Shown piece after piece: positions 1 to 8,897 of a stretch of 64,000 nt of DNA (the stretch's first letter is position 1; every line of letters starts with the position of its first letter). The stretch comes from Rhodospirillales bacterium (GTDB taxonomy: Bacteria > Pseudomonadota > Alphaproteobacteria > ATCC43930 > CGMCC-115725), in contig CANJCB010000010.1 of the NCBI GenBank assembly GCA_947473305.1, forward strand, positions 25,967-89,966. The letters run 5' to 3'. The position numbers were made by a program, and so were the translations under genes. The notes below the pieces were generated by a model, which saw only the letters and a list, made by a program, of their open reading frames with translations, was not told where the DNA came from and did no database searches.

Positions 1-963
1 CGGCCAGCGGGATTCGAAATCGACGATATCCAGCGATAGCTGCCAGGCTTCGCCGATGGCTTTCTCAACCTCGGCGATCCCTTCGTCCTGCTTTGCGGAC
101 AGGACGGTGACGCCCTTTTCCCGCAATTCCTCGATCGCTTCCTCGAAGACCTCCCGGGCATGAGGGCTGGTGACGGCCCAGCCGCCTGTATCGAGCCGCG
201 CGAGGCGCAGGGGCTTCTTGGCCGCGGGCAAGGTCTCGCTGCCGAGGATGCCGGGTGCCCCTGGATCACCGCCCGCCCGGCGCACGATCGCCTGGGCGAC
301 GCCCCAGGTGTCGGAAAGGCTCGCCGCGATCACGCCGATGCAACTCTGGCTCTGGTAGTCGTGGCTGCCGCCCCGGTTGATCCCGCCGAAGGTGGGTTTA
401 TAGCCCACAGCGCCGCAGTAGCTCGCGGGGCGGAGCACCGATCCCAGGACCTGCGTGCCGAGCGCTGCCGGAAGAATCCCGGCTCCCACGGCCGCCGCCG
501 ATCCGCTGCTCGATCCGCCGGGGGTCCGGGAAGCGTCATGGGGATTGCGGGTGTCGGTGGGATAAGTTGAGGCATATTCGGTCGTCTTCGTTTTGCCGAA
601 GATGATGGCGCCCGCCTCACGCAGCGCGAAAACCGAAGCGGCGTCGCGCCCCGACTGCCAGCCGTCGAAGGTGGGCGAGCCCAATTGCGTCGGCATGTCG
701 GCGGTCTCGATGACATCCTTGATGCCGATGGGCATGCCGTCGATCGGGGAGAGGGGCTTGCCGGCCTGCCAGCGTTCCGTGGCGGCATCTGCGGCGATCC
801 GCGCGCGGGGAAGGCTCATGGTCACGAAGGCCCGGAGCTCAGGCTCGCGCGCTTCCAGGCGCTCGATGGCGCGTTCGAGGAAGTCGCGCGGACTGTCCGT
901 TCCATCCCGGAATGCACCGGTCTGCGAGAGATAGGGGGTGAGGGCGGAATTCTGTGCAGGCAT
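1..963 (-). CDS. amidase (amidase-signature family); 3' end runs off the window
   Basis: Absent from the ORF track because it is open at the window edge. My minus-strand translation from the ATG (revcomp of cat at ~961-963) reads MPAQNSALTPYLSQTGAFRDG... It contains the in-frame amidase-signature motif GGSSSGSAAAVGAG (~478-519). It starts 5 nt after the GntR-like gene stop. Confidence 0.8.
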   Translation of the reverse strand, partial: MPAQNSALTPYLSQTGAFRDGTDSPRDFLERAIERLEAREPELRAFVTMSLPRARIAADAATERWQAGKPLSPIDGMPIGIKDVIETADMPTQLGSPTFDGWQSGRDAASVFALREAGAIIFGKTKTTEYASTYPTDTRNPHDASRTPGGSSSGSAAAVGAGILPAALGTQVLGSVLRPASYCGAVGYKPTFGGINRGGSHDYQSQSCIGVIAASLSDTWGVAQAIVRRAGGDPGAPGILGSETLPAAKKPLRLARLDTGGWAVTSPHAREVFEEAIEELREKGVTVLSAKQDEGIAEVEKAIGEAWQLSLDIVDFESRWP

Positions 964-968
964 CCTGA

Positions 969-1733
969 TCAATCTCTCTTCGGTCCAAGGTCCAGTACCA
1001 TGCTTTCCGGCAGATCTTCCGCTAAGCCCTTGGCATGAAGGACCCGAACGAAATTGAGCGCCGTCCGCTCGCAATGGGCGCGGCACAGACGCCCCACCGT
1101 GGTCGCGTCCCCTGCCTTGAAGGCAGCGAAAATCGCCCGGTGGTCCACCTGTATCTCTTCGAGGTCCTGTCCCATGGCGAGTTCGATGCGGATATAGGCC
1201 TCGGCTTTTGCGCGGAGGTTGTCCACCACGCGGGTCAACTGCTTGCGCCCGCTGGACGTCACCAGGGTCTCGTGGAATTTCCGGTTCAGAGCCGACCAAC
1301 GTTCGCGCTGGGTGGCGTTAAGCTCTCCGGCGACGATCTTGTCCATGGCCTTGAGGCAGGCTTCGACCGCCCTGACGTCCCGGTCGGTGCGGGTAAGCGT
1401 CGCGACATAACCCGCATGCTCCTCAATCACCACGCGCAGCTGGAAGATTTCCAGCAATTCGCCTGAATCGAGCGAGGTGACCGCATAGCCCCGGCGGGGC
1501 CTCAGCGTGACGAGGCCCTCTGCCTCCAGATGGTTGAGCGCCTCTCGCAGGGGAACGCGGCTGGCCTTGAAGCGCGCGGCGAGTTCTTCCTGGCGCAGAA
1601 CCTGGCCCGGGCGCAGCTTGCCGGCGAGGATCGCCTCCCGCAGCCATTGGTGAATAACCTTCGAGAGCGGCGAATGGCTGATCTCGTCGGAGGACGGTTT
1701 GCCGGGAAGCGCGGCGCTCTGGAGTTCGGTCAT
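969..1733 (-). CDS. GntR-family transcriptional regulator (FCD-type C-terminal domain)
   Basis: ORF 969..1856. wHTH-like segment LRQEELAARFKASRVPLREALNHLEAEGLV followed by a helical FCD-like domain. Start moved to ATG 1733 (MTELQS...) because the upstream 41 codons look non-coding. Confidence 0.85.
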   Translation of the reverse strand: MTELQSAALPGKPSSDEISHSPLSKVIHQWLREAILAGKLRPGQVLRQEELAARFKASRVPLREALNHLEAEGLVTLRPRRGYAVTSLDSGELLEIFQLRVVIEEHAGYVATLTRTDRDVRAVEACLKAMDKIVAGELNATQRERWSALNRKFHETLVTSSGRKQLTRVVDNLRAKAEAYIRIELAMGQDLEEIQVDHRAIFAAFKAGDATTVGRLCRAHCERTALNFVRVLHAKGLAEDLPESMVLDLGPKRD

Positions 1734-1894
1734 GGGGAGCGGTGCCTGGTAATCGCAGCGGCATTTCGTGGAATAGCCGGAAGTTACACCAGCGCGGAAA
1801 GGAATGCCAATGCACGCTTGGCTTCGGGGAGGCGCCTGGATTAGTCTGCGAGCCAATCCTGTATACAGGTTACAATTCGCGAGGACGTCACGTC

Positions 1895-2881
1895 ATGGAA
1901 ATGCACTCCGGCCTGATCAATCATCCTGGCGCCTGGACGGCGAAGTCGCTTGGCGGCAAGGAAGGCATCACCCTTCGCTTCAGCGATCGCCAGCTTGCGG
2001 CGCTCGACGAGCTTCTCGCCAAGACCCCGCATCTGAAGCCGCAGCAGCCGAGCCGCGCCCAATTCGATCATCCCGACCTCAACGATTTCCTGGCGACGAT
2101 GCGCAAGGATCTCCTCGACGGGAAGGGGGCGGCCCTCCTCGTCGGCATCACCCGCGAGCGCTATTCCGAAGAGGATTTCGAGCGCATCCTCTGGGGCTTC
2201 GGGCTTCATTGGGGCGATGCTGTCATGCAGAGCGATCTCGGCGACCGGATCGGTCATGTCCGCTTCGAGCCCAATCTCACGAAGGTGCGCGGCTATCGAA
2301 GCCAGCGCGAACTCAAGGTCCATACCGACGTCAACGAGATCGTCTCGCTGATGAGCGTCCAGAAGTCGGAAGTCGGCGGTATGAGCCGCCTCGTCAGCGG
2401 CCTCGCCCTCCACAACGAGATCTGGCGCACCAAGCCCAACCTGATGCGGGCGCTTTATGAGGGTTATCCCCGCTGGATCTTCGAGAAGCTCGAAGTGACG
2501 AAATATCCGGTGCCGATCCTGTCCTGCGTCAAGGGCAAGGTCTCGGCCTCACTCTACGGCATCGAAGAGGCCATGGAGGCTATAAAGACCCCTCCGCCGG
2601 CTGATTTCGTGGAAGGCTTCAACCTTTTCAGAGAGCTTTCCGTCCGTGACGACATCTGCCTGAGCTTCGTGCTGGAGCCGGGCGAGATCATGGTCTGGAG
2701 CAACTTCACCTGCCTCCATGCCCGCACGGCCTTTGAGGACACGCCCGAGCAGCGCCGCCATCTTCTGCGCCTGTGGCTCGACTGCGCCGATGGCCGGCCG
2801 ATCCATCCCGCCTACACCAAGCTCGCGGCGGAGTACCGTAACGTGAACGAGACTGTTCCGCTTCGTCCCGCGCTCGTCTAA
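1895..2881 (+). CDS. TauD/TfdA-family Fe(II)/2-oxoglutarate dioxygenase (paralog 1)
   Basis: ORF 1742..2881, start moved to ATG 1895 (MEMHSGLINHPG...). HTD facial-triad motif (KVHTDVNE), distal His (CLHART) and C-terminal RHLLRLWL shared with the gene at 30453..31568. Confidence 0.8.
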   Translation: MEMHSGLINHPGAWTAKSLGGKEGITLRFSDRQLAALDELLAKTPHLKPQQPSRAQFDHPDLNDFLATMRKDLLDGKGAALLVGITRERYSEEDFERILWGFGLHWGDAVMQSDLGDRIGHVRFEPNLTKVRGYRSQRELKVHTDVNEIVSLMSVQKSEVGGMSRLVSGLALHNEIWRTKPNLMRALYEGYPRWIFEKLEVTKYPVPILSCVKGKVSASLYGIEEAMEAIKTPPPADFVEGFNLFRELSVRDDICLSFVLEPGEIMVWSNFTCLHARTAFEDTPEQRRHLLRLWLDCADGRPIHPAYTKLAAEYRNVNETVPLRPALV

Positions 2882-2895
2882 GGGGGCGGGCCCAG

Positions 2896-4068
2896 GTGTT
2901 CAAGGCGACCAAGGACCTCGTCCTTCCGACCACCGTCACCGGCAGCCTGCCCCGCCCGGTCTGGTACACCCAGAACCTGGAGGGGCGGGCGCTGTCGCAT
3001 GCGATGACCGACATCGTCTTCCGCGAGCAATATACCGACACGCTCGCAACCATGATTTCGGACCAGCAGCGCGCGGGTCTCGATATCCTGGTGGATGGCG
3101 ATGCCCGTTTCGACATGGATGTCGCGGGCCGGTCCTGGTTTGCCTATGTGGGCGAGCGGCTGAAGGGGCTGTCGCCGGGCGAGATCAAGCGGCAGCCCTA
3201 TGCCTCGGGACGCAACCGCCAGCCCGGCGACCTGCTCTACGAGGTGGTGGAAACCCGCCTCTCGCCGACCGTCGTCGGCAAGGTCGAACGAGGGCCGCTG
3301 GAATATGCCCGTCTCTGGAAGCTCGCCCAGCGTTGCACCTGCCATCCGGTGAAGCTGGGCGGCATCTCGGCGCAGGAATACGCCAAGGTGCTGATCGACG
3401 ACCATTACCATGATCGGAAGAAGCTGATCATGGACCTCTCGGTCGAGATGAACCTCGAATATCACGAATTGGCGGATGCCGGCTGTCCCATCATCCAGGT
3501 CGAGGAGCCCTCGATCCACGAGTCGATCGGCATCGTCGACATGAAGGAACTGACCGCCAACTTCCTGGTCGAGGCGTTCAACCGCGAGGTCCAGGGTCTG
3601 CGCGCCAAGACCGAGGTCTGGTGTCATACCTGCTGGGGTAGTCCTGCCGCCCAACGCGTCGAGACGGACCGCCACAGCTATATGCGCGCGCTGCCCTATC
3701 TCGACCAGCTCGACGTGGATGTGCTGACCTTCGAGACCGCCGACAACGGCGGGCAGGACCTGGAGATCATCGGCAAGGGCGTCTCCAAGGACAAGAAGAT
3801 CTGCATCGGCGTGGTCAGCCACCGGCAGCTTTCGGTGGAACGACCGGAAGAGGTTGCGGCGCTCATCCGTCGCGCGCTGGAGTTCATCGAGCCGGAACGC
3901 CTCATCCTCAGCTCTGACTGCGGCTTCGGTCGCCAGGGCATGAGCCGGATGCACGCCTTCTACAAGATGGTCGCCATCGTCCGGGGGGCCAATATCGTGC
4001 GCAAGGAACTGGGCTTGCCCGAAGTGGCGATCCCGGCGACCGATCCGAAACTCGCACTTCTGTCCTGA
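2896..4068 (+). CDS. cobalamin-independent methionine synthase (MetE C-terminal / UROD-like) family protein
   Basis: 390 aa, GTG start 14 nt after the previous stop. N-terminal LPTTVTGSLPRP, Zn-ligand-like WCHTCWG and SSDCGFG motifs typical of the Meth_synt_2 family. Confidence 0.75.
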   Translation: MFKATKDLVLPTTVTGSLPRPVWYTQNLEGRALSHAMTDIVFREQYTDTLATMISDQQRAGLDILVDGDARFDMDVAGRSWFAYVGERLKGLSPGEIKRQPYASGRNRQPGDLLYEVVETRLSPTVVGKVERGPLEYARLWKLAQRCTCHPVKLGGISAQEYAKVLIDDHYHDRKKLIMDLSVEMNLEYHELADAGCPIIQVEEPSIHESIGIVDMKELTANFLVEAFNREVQGLRAKTEVWCHTCWGSPAAQRVETDRHSYMRALPYLDQLDVDVLTFETADNGGQDLEIIGKGVSKDKKICIGVVSHRQLSVERPEEVAALIRRALEFIEPERLILSSDCGFGRQGMSRMHAFYKMVAIVRGANIVRKELGLPEVAIPATDPKLALLS

Positions 4069-4078
4069 GGAAAGTCCC

Positions 4079-4543
4079 ATGGCCGAGGAAACCGGGATCG
4101 ATCGAAGCCGATTGCTGATCCCGGGCCTCGGCGGGCTTTACGGCAGCCTGTCGCCGCTGAGCTATGCGATCATGCGGTTCAGCGCGGGCGCGATCATGGT
4201 GCCCCACGGTGTCCAGAAACTGCTGTACGGCTCGATCGCCCGATCCGCCGAGGGGATTGCCGCCAAGGGCATTCCTTTCGCCACTTTCCTCGCGGGCGCC
4301 ACCGTTTTCACCGAGTTGGTAGCCGCCATCTGTCTCGCCATTGGGCTCTTCACCCGCGCGGCGGCGGTGATGATCTGGATCGAAATGACCGTCATCATCC
4401 TCTTCTTCAACTGGCAGTTCGGCTATTTCTGGACCAATCGCGGGATCGAATTCGCTCTCCTTTGGTGGCTGCTGTGTTTCGCCATCTTTTTCCGGGGCGG
4501 TGGGCGCTATTCCCTGGACCGGTTTCTCGGCAAGGAAATCTGA
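4079..4543 (+). CDS. DoxX-family membrane protein
   Basis: 154 aa with four hydrophobic segments. MRFSAGAIMVPHGVQKL is typical of DoxX. Confidence 0.7.
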   Translation: MAEETGIDRSRLLIPGLGGLYGSLSPLSYAIMRFSAGAIMVPHGVQKLLYGSIARSAEGIAAKGIPFATFLAGATVFTELVAAICLAIGLFTRAAAVMIWIEMTVIILFFNWQFGYFWTNRGIEFALLWWLLCFAIFFRGGGRYSLDRFLGKEI

Positions 4544-4631
4544 TGCGGCCTCGCCTCTTGATGGAAAGACGCTAGCGCACTTCCCCCATATCGCAGGCTT
4601 TCCGAATCCGATACATTGACCGGAATGGTCA

Positions 4632-4654
4632 GATTGTAGGATTCTTCTACAATC
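4632..4654. promoter_or_regulatory. inverted repeat GATTGTAG-N7-CTACAATC, candidate operator
   Basis: Perfect 8-bp arms read directly from the sequence, ~25 nt upstream of the SBP gene start at 4680. Confidence 0.3.
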
Positions 4655-4679
4655 GAATTGGAGAACCTTCGGGGGAGTC

Positions 4680-6284
4680 GTGTCGATGGGGCTTGGCCGT
4701 GTGATCTTGAGCTTGGCTCCCGCTTTGCTGGCTTTTCTTCTGGCGACTCAGAGCCGCGCACAGGAGCCGAACCCGCCGAAAGAACCCCAGCGCGGCGGCA
4801 CGGCGATCATCACCTATCCGCAGGATCCGACGACGGTCAATCCGCTGATCTCGACCTCCGTGCCGGACCAGACCATCGGCTGCATGATCTATCAGGGGTT
4901 GATCGACGTCGGGCTCGATTATCGGCCTAAGCCGGTGCTCGCCAAGTCCTGGTCGATCTCGCCGGACGGGAAGACCTATACCTTCGATCTCATCAAGGTG
5001 AATTGGCAGGACGGCAAGCCCCTGACATCAGACGACGTGAAGTTCACGCTTCTGGAAATCAGCTCGAAATATGCGACGACCTTTCGCCCCGCCGCCGAGC
5101 GGATCCAGAGCATAGACACGCCGACGCCGGATCGCGTCGTCATCAACCTGAAAGAGTCCTTCGGTCCCATGATGATCTCGCTGGCCTGTGATCGCGGCGG
5201 CGCGATCATGCCGGCGCATATCTATCGCGGCACGGATGCAAGGGCCAATCCGGCGACGGCGGAGAAGCCGGTCGGCACGGGTCCCTTCAAGCTCGCCGAA
5301 CGCAAGCATGGCGACTATCTCCGGCTGGTGAAGAACAAGGATTACTGGGAACCGGGCAAGCCCTATCTCGACGAGATCGTCGTCAAGATCATCACCCAGG
5401 CAACCTCTCGCGTGCAGGCGCTCCAGGCCGAAGAGGTCGATCTGGTGCCGGGCTTCCCCTATAGCAGCAAGGCGGCAATCCTCGCCAATCCCAAACTTAA
5501 GATCGTCGAGAGCGACACGACTTCCTCCAACATCTTGTTCTTCAACACGGCGCGCAAGCCCTTGGATAACAAGAAAGTTCGGCAGGCGCTCTATATGGCG
5601 ATCGATCGTAATTACATCTTGAAGAACGCGTTCTTCGACGTGGGCAAGGTGTCGAAGAATCCGATGACGACTGAGATCGGCTGGATCAACAATCCGAAGG
5701 TTGATCTCGATGCGATGTACCCCTTCGATCCCGCCAAGGCGAACGCCCTGCTCGACGAGGCGGGGGTGAAGCGTGGGGCGGACGGAAAGCGCTTCCCGCT
5801 CAAGATCGTCGAATTCGCCAACGAATATCCGGAACTCATCCAGGTCGCGCAGATCCTGAAGACCATGTGGGGGGCGGTTGGCGTCGATGTCACGATCGAG
5901 CTTCGCGAGAATGCGACGATCATCAAGCAGATCTTCACCGACCGGGACTTCGACGTTCATATGAACGCCTATGGAACCTATTCCGACCCGGCGCTCGGCA
6001 TCGCGCGTAGCTATGTGACGACGCTCGGCAATATGGTGAACGGCAATCCTTCCGGCTATTCGAACCCTGAGGTCGACGAACTTTTCCTGAAGGGCGAACG
6101 CGCGACGGCGATCGAGGATCGCGCGCCTCATTACCAGAAGGTCCAGGAGATCATTGCCGAGGATGTGCCGGCGATCACGCTCCGACAATATACGACGCTC
6201 AATGCCTTTGCCGCGCGGCTCTGGAGCGTTCATCGACACGCCCAGGGCAATGGGCGGTGGGGCGGCGCCTGGCTCGACAAATAA
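4680..6284 (+). CDS. ABC-transporter periplasmic solute-binding protein, family 5 (DppA/OppA-like), paralog 1
   Basis: 534 aa. Sec signal peptide (LLAFLLATQSRAQEP). Family-5 blocks PQRGGT, DQTIGCMIYQGL, WQDGKPLTSDDVKF, GTGPFKL. Confidence 0.9.
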   Translation: MSMGLGRVILSLAPALLAFLLATQSRAQEPNPPKEPQRGGTAIITYPQDPTTVNPLISTSVPDQTIGCMIYQGLIDVGLDYRPKPVLAKSWSISPDGKTYTFDLIKVNWQDGKPLTSDDVKFTLLEISSKYATTFRPAAERIQSIDTPTPDRVVINLKESFGPMMISLACDRGGAIMPAHIYRGTDARANPATAEKPVGTGPFKLAERKHGDYLRLVKNKDYWEPGKPYLDEIVVKIITQATSRVQALQAEEVDLVPGFPYSSKAAILANPKLKIVESDTTSSNILFFNTARKPLDNKKVRQALYMAIDRNYILKNAFFDVGKVSKNPMTTEIGWINNPKVDLDAMYPFDPAKANALLDEAGVKRGADGKRFPLKIVEFANEYPELIQVAQILKTMWGAVGVDVTIELRENATIIKQIFTDRDFDVHMNAYGTYSDPALGIARSYVTTLGNMVNGNPSGYSNPEVDELFLKGERATAIEDRAPHYQKVQEIIAEDVPAITLRQYTTLNAFAARLWSVHRHAQGNGRWGGAWLDK

Positions 6285-6347
6285 GAGCCAACGCCGATGT
6301 AACGGGGTTAACCCCCGCTACAGAATTCAAAAATAACAGGGAGTTAT

Positions 6348-7958
6348 ATGATGTCGTTACGTTTCAGCTTTGCTCTATCTCTTGGAATATCCGCTGCCGC
6401 GATGGCTCTGTCGGTCGCGAGCGGCGCGCAGGCGCAGCCGACGCCCGCGGGGGTGACCCCGCAGCGTGGCGGCACCCTCATTATGATCTACCCGCAGGAT
6501 CCGACCGCGATCAATCCAGCGCTATCCACCATCCCGGTGGACCAGACCATCGGCTGCATGATCTACCAGGGCCTGGTTCAGGTCGATCTCGACTATAAGA
6601 CCCAGCCACAGCTTGCGAAATCCTGGACGGTCTCGCCGGACGGCAAGACCTACAGTTTCGATCTTCGCAAGGCCAATTGGCAGGACGGCAAGCCCTTCAC
6701 CTCGGAAGACGTCAAGTATTCGCTGCTGGAGGTCAATGCCAAGTTCTCCAGCGTTTATCGCGCGGCGGCCGAACGGATCGAGAGCGTCGAGACACCGGCG
6801 CCTGACAAGGTGGTGATCAAGCTGAAGGAGGCTTTCGGGCCGCTGATGATCTCGCTCACCTGCGACCGGGGTGGGGCGATCATGCCGGCGCATATCTATC
6901 GCGGCACAGATGTGCGCGCCAATCCTGCCACCACCGATACACCGGTCGGCACCGGCGCCTTCAAGCTCGTCGAGCGCAAGCGCAACGACTATGTCCGCCT
7001 GAGGAAAAACCCAGATTATTGGCTGGAGGGCCGGCCCTATCTCGACGAGATCGTGGTCAAGTCCGTGACCAATGCAACTTCCCGGGTGCAGGCAGTGCAG
7101 TCGGGCGAGGCCGACGAGGTCCCGGGTTTCCCGGTTTCGAGCCGCGCTGCGATCCTGGCTAATCCCAAGGTGAAGATCGTCGAGAGCGACACGGATTCGA
7201 TGAACATCCTGTTTTTCAACATCACGCGTAAGCCCTTGGACAACAAGAAGGTGCGCCAGGCGCTCGCCATGGCGACCGACCGCGAATATTTCATGAAAAA
7301 CGCGTTCTTCGACGTCGGCTCGGTGCCGAAGAATCCCATGACAACCGAAATCGGCTGGCTAGAGAATCCGAAGGTCGATCTCAACAAGATGTACCCCTTC
7401 AATATGGCCAAGGCGAATGCCTTGCTCGATGAGGCAGGGGTCAAGCGCGGACCTGACGGGAAGCGGTTCGCACTCAAGATCGTGGCTTATTCCAATGCCT
7501 ATCCGGAGTTGTTGCAGATCGCCTCGGCGCTCAAGAGCATGTGGGGCGAGGTCGGCGTCGACGTGACCACTCAACCGGTCGAGACCGCGGCTCTCACGAA
7601 GCAGGTTTTCGAAGACCGCGACTTCGACGTTCACATGAATGCCTATGGCAGTTATTCGGATCCGGCACTGGGTATCGCGCGGGACTACATCACGACGAAA
7701 ACCTACGTGCCGAACGGGAATCCCAGCGGCTATTCCAACCCGGAAGTGGATGAGCTTTTCCGCAAGGGAGAACTCGGTACCAATGTCGCGGATCGGGCGC
7801 CACATTATCAGCGGATCCAGGAGATCATCGCCGAGGACATGCCCGCGATCTCGCTGCGTCAGTACAAGACGCTCGACGTCATGACGACCAAGCTGTGGAA
7901 CGTCCATGGCATCGCCCAGGGCACCGGGCGTTATGACGAAGCCTGGCTGGAGAAGTAG
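6348..7958 (+). CDS. ABC-transporter periplasmic solute-binding protein, family 5, paralog 2 (tandem duplicate)
   Basis: 536 aa with a signal peptide. Alignable with 4680..6284 along the full length (same PQRGGT / DQTIGCMIYQGL / ANWQDGKPFTSEDVKY / GGAIMPAHIYRGTD blocks). Confidence 0.9.
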   Translation: MMSLRFSFALSLGISAAAMALSVASGAQAQPTPAGVTPQRGGTLIMIYPQDPTAINPALSTIPVDQTIGCMIYQGLVQVDLDYKTQPQLAKSWTVSPDGKTYSFDLRKANWQDGKPFTSEDVKYSLLEVNAKFSSVYRAAAERIESVETPAPDKVVIKLKEAFGPLMISLTCDRGGAIMPAHIYRGTDVRANPATTDTPVGTGAFKLVERKRNDYVRLRKNPDYWLEGRPYLDEIVVKSVTNATSRVQAVQSGEADEVPGFPVSSRAAILANPKVKIVESDTDSMNILFFNITRKPLDNKKVRQALAMATDREYFMKNAFFDVGSVPKNPMTTEIGWLENPKVDLNKMYPFNMAKANALLDEAGVKRGPDGKRFALKIVAYSNAYPELLQIASALKSMWGEVGVDVTTQPVETAALTKQVFEDRDFDVHMNAYGSYSDPALGIARDYITTKTYVPNGNPSGYSNPEVDELFRKGELGTNVADRAPHYQRIQEIIAEDMPAISLRQYKTLDVMTTKLWNVHGIAQGTGRYDEAWLEK

Positions 7959-7979
7959 TCTCTCCCTGAAACTCACCGT

Positions 7980-8010
7980 CGCCCCCCGGGATTCAACGAT
8001 CCCGGGGGCG
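7980..8010. terminator. GC-rich hairpin between convergent genes (possible bidirectional terminator)
   Basis: cgccccccgggat-tcaacg-atcccgggggcg: 12-bp stem with one bulged C. Lies between the SBP stop (7958) and the enoyl-CoA hydratase stop (8025). No clear U-tract. Confidence 0.45.
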
Positions 8011-8024
8011 ATCTTGGGAAAGGT

Positions 8025-8795
8025 TCAGCTCCGGGCGAATTTGGCCGGGCGCTTTTCCTTGAAGGCGGCGACGCCCTCGTGGTGGTCGTCGGTCTGGAAA
8101 AGCTGGACCTGGGCCAGAAGCTCCAACTCCAGGAACTGGTCTAGGCTGGGTGCGACCGCGAAATTGAACATCCGCTTGGTAAAGGCGTTCGCGGTTGTCG
8201 GGCCGTCCGCGATCTCCTTCGCCAGGGAGAGAGCGGCGCCATCGATCTCAGCGTCGGGCACCACGCGATTGACGAGGCCAAGGGTCAAGGCCTCGGCCGC
8301 CTTGACGAAGCGCGCGGTGAAGGCGAGTTCCTTGGCGCGCGGCAGTCCTACCCGCTGGGCGAGGAAATAGGCCGAGGCTCCGTCAGGCGCGAGGCCGACT
8401 TTCTTGAAAACCTGGGCGAAACGCGCGCTCTCGCCGGCGACGATGAGATCGCAGGCCAGCGCCAGGCTCCAGCCGATGCCCACGGCGGGACCGCGAACCG
8501 CGGCGATGACCGGCTTATCCATATGGTAGAGGGCGCGGATCAGGCGATGGCTCCGTTCCAGGCGCATCCGGCCCGCCATCACGTCACCTTGTTCCATCTT
8601 GCCGACGTCGGCGCCCGAGCAGAAGGCATCGCCAGTGCTGGTCAGGAGAACCGCGCGGATCGATTTGTCGAAGGACAGGCGGAGGAAATGCGCATTCATC
8701 TCGTCGCGCATTTCAAGGGTCAGGGCGTTCTTCCGCTCTGGCCGGTTGATGGTGACGATCCCGACCCCGTCTTCGGCCTTGTATTCGATCTCCAT
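8025..8795 (-). CDS. enoyl-CoA hydratase/isomerase (crotonase) family protein
   Basis: ORF 8025..8855, start moved to ATG 8795 (MEIEYKAEDGVGIVTINRPERKNAL) with GGGAGA upstream. Crotonase blocks FCSGADV and AAVRGPAVGIG. Confidence 0.85.
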   Translation of the reverse strand: MEIEYKAEDGVGIVTINRPERKNALTLEMRDEMNAHFLRLSFDKSIRAVLLTSTGDAFCSGADVGKMEQGDVMAGRMRLERSHRLIRALYHMDKPVIAAVRGPAVGIGWSLALACDLIVAGESARFAQVFKKVGLAPDGASAYFLAQRVGLPRAKELAFTARFVKAAEALTLGLVNRVVPDAEIDGAALSLAKEIADGPTTANAFTKRMFNFAVAPSLDQFLELELLAQVQLFQTDDHHEGVAAFKEKRPAKFARS

Positions 8796-8897
8796 GGTTT
8801 CTCCCGTGATCTTGCGGCCGAGCGTCTTTGCCTTGGCTCCGCATCGGATGGTCAATAGGATGAACTCACCCGTTTCGCAATCCCGAGAGATAAAACA

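Noticed and set aside
2882-2895. Looked for a cobalamin or SAM riboswitch ahead of the MetE-like gene, and for T-box or leader elements ahead of ilvD (48714..48801)
   Set aside because: The spacer before the MetE-like gene is only 14 nt. The ilvD leader is 88 nt with no recognisable riboswitch or attenuator features.
2878-4080. 400-aa ORF antisense to the MetE-like gene
   Set aside because: It exactly shadows a well-supported plus-strand gene. Its composition is dominated by R/G/A/D/H/L and no family motif is recognisable. This is a typical antisense open frame in high-GC DNA.
5028-6239. 403-aa ORF antisense to SBP1 (and similar ones: 7359..7976 antisense to SBP2, 27851..29248 to SBP3, 38628..40295 to SBP4)
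   Set aside because: All four lie opposite genes with clear signal peptides and family-5 SBP motifs. The translations are R/D/G/H-rich and motif-free. That they recur opposite each paralog simply reflects the conserved codon structure of the real genes.
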